Shown piece by piece: positions 26,610 to 34,176 of a DNA stretch of 56,138 nucleotides. Source of the DNA: a virus. Lineage: Duplodnaviria; Caudoviricetes. Numbering within the stretch: position 1 is the stretch's first letter; every line of letters starts with the position of its first letter. Location of the stretch: the IMG/VR virus record IMGVR_UViG_3300017909_002576, positions 1 to 56,138 of that record. The stretch is one strand, 5' to 3'. Below the pieces are notes generated by a model that saw only the letters and a list, made by a program, of their open reading frames with translations, was not told where the DNA came from and did no database searches. The position numbers and the translations under genes were made by a program.

Positions 26610-27053
26610 ATGGATAATCAATTTATTTTAGTAAGTATAATTTGTGCGGCAATGTTTGGTATTATATCGCATACATACGCAGGATTAGAATATAAAGGTG
26701 TAAGTCGTGTACATGGTTGTACAGGAGAATGTTACGAAGAATATGTTGCACTTAATGGTACAGCAGTTGAAATAGAACAACGTAAACAAGCATTAGCACA
26801 AAGCGATGAATTTAGCAGTATTAGAAGTTTATGGGCAGGTTGTGCCGCATGTCATGGTGGACAAGGACAAGGTGGCGTAGGCCCAATGTTAGCAGGGCAA
26901 AGTTCAAACGACATTATTAATAAATTAACCATTTACAAAAACAATGGGCAAATTGGTGCTCAAAGTGCCCTAATGTGGGGACAAGCGGCAATGTTATCCG
27001 AACAGGATATAGAAACTATCGGCAAATTTATCGAAGCCGGATTACCAGAGTAA
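26610..27053 (+). CDS. Membrane-anchored class I cytochrome c
   Basis: N-terminal TM, heme motif CAACH, GPMLAGQ, distal Met in ALMWGQA, LSEQDI. Confidence 0.85.
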   Translation: MDNQFILVSIICAAMFGIISHTYAGLEYKGVSRVHGCTGECYEEYVALNGTAVEIEQRKQALAQSDEFSSIRSLWAGCAACHGGQGQGGVGPMLAGQSSNDIINKLTIYKNNGQIGAQSALMWGQAAMLSEQDIETIGKFIEAGLPE

Positions 27054-27055
27054 TT

Positions 27056-27292
27056 ATGAAAGTAGTAATTTATAGTAAACCTCAATGCCCATATTGTGAT
27101 ATGGCAAAAAGACTTGCAGAGCAAAAAGAACTTGATCTTACATATAAGATGTTAGACGAGGATTTTAGCAGAGAAGAACTAATGGAAACATTTCCAGGTG
27201 CAAGAACTTTCCCTCAAATTATAGTTAATGGTGACAAAATTGGTGGCTACCAAGAGTTCAAAAAACTAATAGATTCTAATATATTAGATTAA
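27056..27292 (+). CDS. Glutaredoxin
   Basis: CPYC, TFPQI, IGGY. Start MKVVIYSK. Confidence 0.92.
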   Translation: MKVVIYSKPQCPYCDMAKRLAEQKELDLTYKMLDEDFSREELMETFPGARTFPQIIVNGDKIGGYQEFKKLIDSNILD

Positions 27293-27350
27293 CATTAACA
27301 ACTGTTTTAACTGCATTTTTTGATAAATAAGTGTATAGGAGACTATACAC

Positions 27351-27665
27351 ATGAGTAGACCAAAACCAGAAATTTTATTAGAAAACGTTAATAAAACTAC
27401 ATACAAATCAGAGCAAGTCCTTAGTGCAGATGCAATTTTTAGTGTCTTTTATAAAGATAAACCTATTAATTTGCGTACATTACACACTTTAGTTTCTTAT
27501 CCAGGACCCAAGTATAAAAAGGTAAGTTTTAGTAACCCAGGCCATGCTTTCAACTTAGCACAGAGACTTAATAAAAATTTCGATACTGAAGATTTTTCTG
27601 TTGTGATGCTTACTGCAGGCAAGGTTGTAACAGAAGATGAAGTCAAAACCCTTAAAGATAACTAA
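27351..27665 (+). CDS. Conserved phage hypothetical protein
   Basis: MSRPKP...YPGPKYKKVSFSNPGHAFNLA. Preceded by GATAAATA (27322) and AGGAG. Confidence 0.7.
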   Translation: MSRPKPEILLENVNKTTYKSEQVLSADAIFSVFYKDKPINLRTLHTLVSYPGPKYKKVSFSNPGHAFNLAQRLNKNFDTEDFSVVMLTAGKVVTEDEVKTLKDN

Positions 27666-28080
27666 TACGTTACAAGATCAAATTTTAAATAGATTACTTC
27701 AAGTAATTGACGAAGGAATATTACACTCAAAATCACGTAGACCTGGAATGCCTAAGAACAATAAGTTTTATAGGCAATTCAAAAAGTTAGATCGAAAGCA
27801 ATTATTCTATAAAATATTTGACAACTTTAGAATAAAAAATGGCGAACCTACTGGATTACGTTTAACTTATTTAGGCAATGAACTTTTAAAACGCAATTTT
27901 GATTACTATGAATTTTCGCATGATGTAACACCTACACCAAAAATGTATGTTAAGTTAGATAGAGGAATGGAGTGGCCTTATTATTTTACTAAAAAGAAAC
28001 TGACACTTTACAGTAAAGAAGATGCAAGTTGGTTTAAACTTAATGGTTCAGAAATAGGTGCTTTTATTGAGATAATATAA
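27637..28080 (+). CDS. Conserved phage hypothetical protein
   Basis: GLRLT..G...LDRGMEWPYY motif. Confidence 0.65.
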   Translation: MKSKPLKITNTLQDQILNRLLQVIDEGILHSKSRRPGMPKNNKFYRQFKKLDRKQLFYKIFDNFRIKNGEPTGLRLTYLGNELLKRNFDYYEFSHDVTPTPKMYVKLDRGMEWPYYFTKKKLTLYSKEDASWFKLNGSEIGAFIEII

Positions 28081-28535
28081 TGTATAGATATGTTGAAAAC
28101 ATAATCAACGAGCAGTATGCAAAAGATTTATATGAAGCATATATTTTACGCAAACCTTCTTTAGTTATACACGAAGGCATTACATATAACAAGAAACCAA
28201 ATGATATTATGTTTCCTTTGAATGCAGGAATATTTTTTAGTAAGTCTGGGTTCGACGCATTTAAATATACACCAAATACATCTGTCTACATTCACAGATT
28301 TGCAGAAGGGTTTGAGTTAGATTGGCATGATGACCACGATATGATAAATCAAGCAACAATATACATAACTCCACATTGGAGTGAAGAAATGGGAGGATTA
28401 TTCTTGCAAGAAGGTGCAGAACCTATTGTTCCAAGATTCAACTGTGGTGTTATACAAGATTCTCCTGTAAAGCATAAAATCTCTAAAATTGTAGGTAACC
28501 AAGTTCGCCTTTCGATCCAAATAATGCAAATATAG
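28080..28535 (+). CDS. 2OG-Fe(II) oxygenase
   Basis: WHDD, TIYI..W.EEMGG, PRFN, KH, RLSIQ. Confidence 0.8.
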   Translation: MYRYVENIINEQYAKDLYEAYILRKPSLVIHEGITYNKKPNDIMFPLNAGIFFSKSGFDAFKYTPNTSVYIHRFAEGFELDWHDDHDMINQATIYITPHWSEEMGGLFLQEGAEPIVPRFNCGVIQDSPVKHKISKIVGNQVRLSIQIMQI

Positions 28536-28536
28536 G

Positions 28537-28564
28537 TTGACAAACTATTATTCTTTGCTATAAT
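28537..28564 (+). promoter_or_regulatory. Sigma70-type early promoter
   Basis: TTGACA-16-TATAAT with extended -10. Confidence 0.8.
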
Positions 28565-28618
28565 GTTACAAACTATGAAAATAGTTTATTTTGTTTAAAG
28601 AAGAAAATAGGAGGTCAT

Positions 28619-28882
28619 ATGACTACTTCAACAAAAGAAAGCAGAGTGCTAACAGCACTACAAGAAGGAAGAACTCTTTCATCTGCACAGATGAGAGCAT
28701 TCTTTGGAACAGGTAACCCACAAGCAGTGATTCAATCACTTAGATTCAAAGGTTATCCAATCTACCTAAATACTGTTACTGACACAAAAGGCAGAAGCAG
28801 AAACGTTTATCGTTTAGGCACAGCCTCAAGAGCAGTTATTGCCGCTGGTTATAAAGCAATGGCAACAGGTACTACTGTTTAA
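28619..28882 (+). CDS. Winged-HTH DNA-binding protein
   Basis: RVLTALQEGRTLSSAQM...NPQAVIQSLRFKGYPIYLN...YRLGT, AGGAGG RBS. Confidence 0.7.
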   Translation: MTTSTKESRVLTALQEGRTLSSAQMRAFFGTGNPQAVIQSLRFKGYPIYLNTVTDTKGRSRNVYRLGTASRAVIAAGYKAMATGTTV

Positions 28883-28895
28883 TTAAACAGCAGAT

Positions 28896-28923
28896 AAAAA
28901 GGGCGGTTTTCCGCCCTTTTTTT
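28896..28923 (+). terminator. Intrinsic terminator
   Basis: AAAAAGGGCGG-TTTT-CCGCCCTTTTTTT. Confidence 0.9.
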
Positions 28924-28937
28924 ATGGCAAAAAAAGG

Positions 28938-29051
28938 TTGACAATATTTCAAAATTTGCTATACTAATAATATGAGTAAGGGAAATCACATTAAATTTTT
29001 TACAAAAAAGTTTAAAAAAGTGGTTGACAATATTAAAAAAGGTGCTATACT
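28938..29051 (+). promoter_or_regulatory. Two tandem sigma70-type early promoters
   Basis: TTGACA-16-TATACT at 28938-28965 and at 29024-29051, both with TGc extended -10. Confidence 0.8.
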
Positions 29052-29085
29052 ATTTGTATAGTTAGGAAATTAGGAGTAACAATAA

Positions 29086-30192
29086 ATGGAAACATTAAAC
29101 GTAAGACCCACAGATGTAGAGCCTGTAGTACACAGAGCAATGCAAGTAAATCGACCAATCTTCCTTTGGGGAGCACCGGGTATTGGTAAATCAGAACTTA
29201 TCCAAGGCATCGTAGATAGCGGAGCACTTGGTAATGCTATGCTCATTGACATGAGACTGGCACTTATGGAACCCACTGACTTGCGTGGATATCCTTTTAG
29301 GAATCCAGAAACTAACGCAATGGAGTGGTCCCCACCTGCAGACCTTCCATCTCAAGAACTTGCTGATCAGTATGATCACATTGTATTGTTCTTAGATGAG
29401 TTGAACTCTGCGCCTCCAAGTGTACAGGCGGCGGCTTATCAGTTAGTATTGAACAAGCGAGTTGGACAATACAAACTGCCTAAAAATGTTAGGATTGTTG
29501 CGGCAGGTAACCGTGAGACTGATAGAGGTGTAACTTACAGAATGCCAGCACCGTTGGCTAACAGGTTCCGACACATTAACATGGAAGTGAACTTTGAAGA
29601 TTGGTCTAAATGGGCAATCATGAATGACATTCACCCTGATGTTATTGGTTATTTGAGTTTTTCAAAAGGTGACTTGTTTGACTTTGATGCAAAAAGTAGT
29701 TCACAATCTTTTGCAACTCCAAGGTCGTGGTCCTTTGTAAGTGAAATTCTCGGAGCAGATGGCTTTGATTCAGCAAGTGCCTTCCAACAAAAGGCAGAAA
29801 TTGCAGGTGCTATTGGCGAAGGTATGGCAATCAAGTTTGTTGAACATAGAAAGATTGCAAGTAAACTTCCAAACCCAGAACAAATTTTAAATGGAGATGT
29901 TAAATCTTTAGACACCAAACTGTCCAAAGAAATTTCAGCAAAATATTCTTTAGTAGTTGGGTTAGCATATGAACTGAACGAAATGTTCAAAGAAAATGGT
30001 ATTGATGATACATTTAAAAAGTCTCTCAATAATACTGTTCGCTTCTCATATGATAACTTTGAACCAGAAATGGTAGTGTTCTTGTTCAAGACTATTATGA
30101 AAGATTACCAGATTAGGTTCAATGTGAGAACTGATCTTGAAAAAGATCTACACAAGACCTTCTCTGATAGATATACAAAGTATATCGCATAG
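29086..30192 (+). CDS. MoxR/dynein-related AAA+ ATPase
   Basis: GAPGIGKS, LFLDELN, AAGNR, LANRF, TPRSW. Confidence 0.9.
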   Translation: METLNVRPTDVEPVVHRAMQVNRPIFLWGAPGIGKSELIQGIVDSGALGNAMLIDMRLALMEPTDLRGYPFRNPETNAMEWSPPADLPSQELADQYDHIVLFLDELNSAPPSVQAAAYQLVLNKRVGQYKLPKNVRIVAAGNRETDRGVTYRMPAPLANRFRHINMEVNFEDWSKWAIMNDIHPDVIGYLSFSKGDLFDFDAKSSSQSFATPRSWSFVSEILGADGFDSASAFQQKAEIAGAIGEGMAIKFVEHRKIASKLPNPEQILNGDVKSLDTKLSKEISAKYSLVVGLAYELNEMFKENGIDDTFKKSLNNTVRFSYDNFEPEMVVFLFKTIMKDYQIRFNVRTDLEKDLHKTFSDRYTKYIA

Positions 30193-30200
30193 TTTAAAAC

Positions 30201-30246
30201 CCTTGTGCACCTACCTATGTTACTCCCTACCTAAGAATGCACAAGG
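30201..30246 (+). ncRNA. Candidate 3'UTR small RNA with an anti-RBS loop
   Basis: 9-bp stem CCTTGTGCA/TGCACAAGG enclosing a 28-nt loop with TATGTTACTCC flanked by two CCTACCTA; followed directly by a terminator. Confidence 0.45.
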
Positions 30247-30247
30247 T

Positions 30248-30277
30248 GACACCCGGACTTTTGTCCGGGTGTTTTTT
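30248..30277 (+). terminator. Intrinsic terminator
   Basis: GACACCCGGAC-TTTT-GTCCGGGTGTT plus T run. Confidence 0.9.
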
Positions 30278-30289
30278 ATTTAAATCCGG

Positions 30290-30317
30290 TTGACAAACAT
30301 ACAAAATCTGCTATAAT
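30290..30317 (+). promoter_or_regulatory. Sigma70-type early promoter
   Basis: TTGACA-16-TATAAT with extended -10. Confidence 0.8.
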
Positions 30318-30344
30318 ATATACATATAGTTAGGAGTAACAAAT

Positions 30345-31682
30345 ATGACAGATACAATGGCTACAAAGAATACAGGTACAGCGGCAGATCGAGCCAGTAA
30401 AACAAAAGTTGAAATACCTGTAACTTCTTTAACCTCAAAAGAAATTGAGGATAAGTTAATTAAAGCAAGAATTGAGATGCTAATTTCAGCACCATTTTTT
30501 GGTAATCTTGCTACACGTTTACATTTCAAAGATGCTACAGAATGGTGTCCTACTGCCGCTACAGACGGCAAGTATTTTTATTACAATCGTAATTTTGTTG
30601 CCGCACTTAGTGATGCAGAAATTATTTTCTTAATGGGACACGAAGTATTACATTGTGTGTATGATCATATGGATGCTACTCGTAGAGGCGATCGTAATCC
30701 AATGCTTTGGAACATAGCAAATGATTATGTAATTAATGCAGATTTGATTGATGCTAATATTGGCGAGCAAATAAAGATTGTTGATATTTGTTTTGATTGG
30801 AAATATCGAGGTAAGATATCAGAAGAAATTTACGATGAACTGTTTGACGAAATGGACAAGAATGGTCAAATACAATATGTAGATACTTTTGATGTACACT
30901 TAGATCGTGAGGAAGGCGATGACGAAGGTGCCGGTGCTTCTGCTAATACAGATGGCGGAGATGACGAAGAAGGCAAAGATGCTCCTGCAAAATATACACA
31001 AGAAGAAAAAGACAAGATTAAGCAAGAGTTCCAGAATGCTGTAATGCAATCTGCTAAGGCGGCAGGTGCTGGTAATTTACCTAATGGTGTTAAAAGAATA
31101 TTAGACAAATGGCTTAATCCTCAACTTGATTGGAGACAACTTCTTGCTATGCAGATTCAAAGTGTAATTAAAAGTGATTACACAATGATGAATCCAAGTA
31201 GAAAAGGACGTGAGCAAGGATTCTATTTGCCAGGTATGGATCGTGAGACTACAATTGATATTGTGTGTGCATTGGATATGTCTGGTAGTATTTTAGACGA
31301 ACAAGCCACAGACTTCCTTAGCGAAGTATATGGTATAATGAGTCAATACAGCGACTTTCGTATTCACTTGTTTTGCTTTGATACAGAGGTTCATAACCCA
31401 CAAACATTTACTGAGCAAAACTTAGAAGAAATTAAAGAGTACGAACTTGCTGGAGGCGGCGGTACTGAGTTTGATTGTTGTTTTGATTACATGAAAGAAG
31501 AAGGTATTGTACCTCAGAAATTTGTAATGTTTACAGACGGCTACCCTTGGGGCAGTTGGGGTGATGAATCTTACTGTGATTCATTGTTTATCGTACACGG
31601 CGGATATGGTGGTAGTACACCAGAAGCACCTTTTGGTATAACTGTACCATATACAAGAGACGAAAGTGGACTTATTGGATGA
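30345..31682 (+). CDS. HExxH metallopeptidase-like + vWA protein (DUF2201 type)
   Basis: TAATDG, HEVLH, WNIANDYVIN, MIDAS DMSGS, GGGGT, FTDG. The usual partner of the upstream AAA ATPase. Confidence 0.85.
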   Translation: MTDTMATKNTGTAADRASKTKVEIPVTSLTSKEIEDKLIKARIEMLISAPFFGNLATRLHFKDATEWCPTAATDGKYFYYNRNFVAALSDAEIIFLMGHEVLHCVYDHMDATRRGDRNPMLWNIANDYVINADLIDANIGEQIKIVDICFDWKYRGKISEEIYDELFDEMDKNGQIQYVDTFDVHLDREEGDDEGAGASANTDGGDDEEGKDAPAKYTQEEKDKIKQEFQNAVMQSAKAAGAGNLPNGVKRILDKWLNPQLDWRQLLAMQIQSVIKSDYTMMNPSRKGREQGFYLPGMDRETTIDIVCALDMSGSILDEQATDFLSEVYGIMSQYSDFRIHLFCFDTEVHNPQTFTEQNLEEIKEYELAGGGGTEFDCCFDYMKEEGIVPQKFVMFTDGYPWGSWGDESYCDSLFIVHGGYGGSTPEAPFGITVPYTRDESGLIG

Positions 31683-31966
31683 TAAAAGCAACAAACTTTA
31701 TTCACAAAGAAGATTGGCAAAATCTTAATGGTAATGATTTATATGTGTCTATGCTTCGTAATAAAACGTATGCAGACGTAGACGGAGATCAATTAGAACA
31801 GATTATAAAGTACTTAGAATCTAATGTTGTTGGTCTTTGTTTTGTAGACAGAGAAAAAATTTACAATCATTTTAAAGTTTATGTTTACTTTGAAAATCCA
31901 GTAGATAGAGATAACTATATTGCAACTTGTAATACAATTTTAGGACTCAATAAAATCAATTCGTAA
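31679..31966 (+). CDS. Hypothetical protein
   Basis: 95 aa with an ATGA overlap. Confidence 0.6.
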   Translation: MIKATNFIHKEDWQNLNGNDLYVSMLRNKTYADVDGDQLEQIIKYLESNVVGLCFVDREKIYNHFKVYVYFENPVDRDNYIATCNTILGLNKINS

Positions 31967-32034
31967 CCACTTTTTTAACAGTATCATTAAAACATCTGTT
32001 AAATAGTAGTATAAATTTAATCGGAGAATAATTT

Positions 32035-32328
32035 ATGTCAGAAGAAAATATTTCAAATGAACCTGTAGCAGAGAATGTTGCACAGGAACCAGAAGCCGCT
32101 CCTGAAAGCATAAGTTTACAGGAACTTGGTTTACTGGCACAAATAGTCGATTTAGCATCGCAAAGAGGAGCATTCAGAGGTACTGAACTTACTCAAGTAG
32201 GTGCTGTTTATGATAAACTTACTGCATTTTTAGGTAAGGTAGAAGAGGCTCAAAAAGCCGCGGCCGAAGAAGCCGAGGGTGAGCAAGTACCTGTTGAAGA
32301 TGCAGAATCAGGAGACGCAAATGGCTGA
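32035..32328 (+). CDS. Conserved phage hypothetical protein
   Basis: IVDLASQRGAFRGTELTQVGAVYDKL; TAAATA at 32000. Confidence 0.7.
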   Translation: MSEENISNEPVAENVAQEPEAAPESISLQELGLLAQIVDLASQRGAFRGTELTQVGAVYDKLTAFLGKVEEAQKAAAEEAEGEQVPVEDAESGDANG

Positions 32329-32911
32329 TATTATGAAGCATGTAGGCTCATATGGTGATAAACCATGTGTAGTTCTTTTCAGAGAAGTACCAAACGAACC
32401 TGAGAATGCCCTAATTGTAGAAACAGGGTCATTAGAAGATCAAAAGCATGATGATCTAATGAATGTTGTACAAAGTGGCGAGGCTCAAGAAGCAAAAGAA
32501 TTATCAGAAGTTCTTACAAGAAGACAGTTTACTGATGGTTCTAATATGCTTAATGATCTTCACTTTACTAAGAAGATTCAAAAAGTTCCAGTCGATATGG
32601 TATATCTTACTCCTACCCCACAGCAAAAAGTTTCTTTAAAAGAAGTAAATGCTGAAATTAATAAAATTGATGGAGGTTATACTCCACCTGTAACTGACCC
32701 TGCAAGTCAGGAAAATATTCCTGTACCAGCAGAAGTTCCTGTAGAAGGAGCCAGTCAAGCAGAAGGGTTATTAGTTCAAGCAGAACTTATGGAGCAAGAC
32801 GCAAAGTCAATGTTGGCTGAAGCAGAAGCAAGAAAAGAACAGGCATACCAGATGGACGAAAGTCTAAGACCTAAAAAAGGTCCAGGTAGACCGCCTAAGA
32901 AACCAGCATAA
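32321..32911 (+). CDS. Conserved phage hypothetical protein
   Basis: MKHVG...VLFREVP, C-terminal AT-hook-like GRPPK, AGGAG RBS. Confidence 0.7.
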   Translation: MADIMKHVGSYGDKPCVVLFREVPNEPENALIVETGSLEDQKHDDLMNVVQSGEAQEAKELSEVLTRRQFTDGSNMLNDLHFTKKIQKVPVDMVYLTPTPQQKVSLKEVNAEINKIDGGYTPPVTDPASQENIPVPAEVPVEGASQAEGLLVQAELMEQDAKSMLAEAEARKEQAYQMDESLRPKKGPGRPPKKPA

Positions 32912-33243
32912 TGTCATTTAAGAGCACCAGAGTTGTGCTCTTAGGACGTAAGACTAACGAGGGCGAAAGCCTTAGTGAATTATTGGGTTCAATCTTTCCC
33001 ACTGAAGTTCCTATTGAGTTCATACATAAAATAAATCTCATTTTTGACTCTGGAGAAACCACAGAGGTCCTACCATCCAAATTAAAAAATCCTGTATATT
33101 TAGATGACCCTGGTGCATTATTGCACGATCTAAATGTAAGAAAATCTTTAGACACATTGGAGGTTGTTATCGATCTACCTTTAATTAAAGAAAAATTAAC
33201 CACAACTACAGCAGATATATTAGATAAATTTATTGAAGAATAA
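32911..33243 (+). CDS. Hypothetical protein
   Basis: 110 aa with a TAATG overlap; EVPIEFI motif. Confidence 0.6.
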   Translation: MSFKSTRVVLLGRKTNEGESLSELLGSIFPTEVPIEFIHKINLIFDSGETTEVLPSKLKNPVYLDDPGALLHDLNVRKSLDTLEVVIDLPLIKEKLTTTTADILDKFIEE

Positions 33244-33316
33244 ATAGTATTACAATTTCTAAATTTAGTGATGTGTACACCCACAGGTGTGCATTTTAGT
33301 AAATGAGGAGATTAAT

Positions 33317-33751
33317 ATGAAATATTTACTACTGGTAGTATTAGGATTTTTATCCTTTAATGTGTACGCAGACACAGTTATCAATTACGATGACGGATCT
33401 ACATACACTCTCGGAGAACGAGAAAAGATCTATGTTTCCACTGGAAAGGTTTTTGATAAGAAAAACTATAAAAATGGAAATGTGTTCTTTACCAATCGTG
33501 CTGAACACGGACGTAGAGACTATGTTGCTCAACCCACGGATGGATTAACAGGGCACGAATGGTGTGCGGCTTATGTGCCCTGGAGCGAAGGATTAACGTT
33601 TGGTATGATTCAGTGGCAACGACAATGTGATACCAATAACGACGATGTGTATGACATTTGTGATTACTATGAGCCTACAGGAGCCGCTACATTCGAAGAA
33701 ATTGAATGGCAAAACCGGTGTAATGAAGGCCAACCCTGGGACGGGTCTTAA
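33317..33751 (+). CDS. Hypothetical secreted protein
   Basis: Signal peptide MKYLLLVVLGFLSFNVYA, 4 Cys, GAGGAG RBS. Confidence 0.65.
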   Translation: MKYLLLVVLGFLSFNVYADTVINYDDGSTYTLGEREKIYVSTGKVFDKKNYKNGNVFFTNRAEHGRRDYVAQPTDGLTGHEWCAAYVPWSEGLTFGMIQWQRQCDTNNDDVYDICDYYEPTGAATFEEIEWQNRCNEGQPWDGS

Positions 33752-33793
33752 GTTACATGGGGCAAGGACGCCCTATTTTTCACTAAAAACAGG

Positions 33794-33821
33794 TTGACAA
33801 ATCATATAAATTTGCTATAAT
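33794..33821 (+). promoter_or_regulatory. Sigma70-type early promoter
   Basis: TTGACA-16-TATAAT with extended -10. Confidence 0.8.
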
Positions 33822-33846
33822 ATATAGTAAATGTTAGGAGTAACAT

Positions 33847-34176
33847 ATGATTGAGATACTGCAAGAAGTAACTGATTGGGGCAAATACAAGGTAAACAAT
33901 GGTGTTTATCATGTAAATGGTGCCGGCAAATTAGTTGCATACCAAGTTAACCAAAAGTCAGAAGTACAAGTTCTTAATGTGCCAAGCACAAAATTTAGTA
34001 AAGCAAGACGTAAGTTTGTAAAAATAGGCGAAAGAGAAGAAGAGTTAGCAAGTCATATTATTGAAGTTAAAGGTTCTACAGGTAATACTTATTATGTAGA
34101 TACAATTAAAAAGACTTGTACTTGTCCAGGTTTTACATACAGAGGGAATTGTAAGCATGTTAAAGAATATTGTTAG
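33847..34176 (+). CDS. SWIM zinc-finger protein
   Basis: VKGSTGNTYYV...CTCPGFTYRGNCKH. Confidence 0.8.
   Translation: MIEILQEVTDWGKYKVNNGVYHVNGAGKLVAYQVNQKSEVQVLNVPSTKFSKARRKFVKIGEREEELASHIIEVKGSTGNTYYVDTIKKTCTCPGFTYRGNCKHVKEYC

Noticed and set aside
33759-33780. GGGGC-AAGGAC-GCCCT hairpin as a CsrA/RsmA site
   Set aside because: A single short hairpin followed by Ts after a stop codon; a weak terminator explains it equally well.
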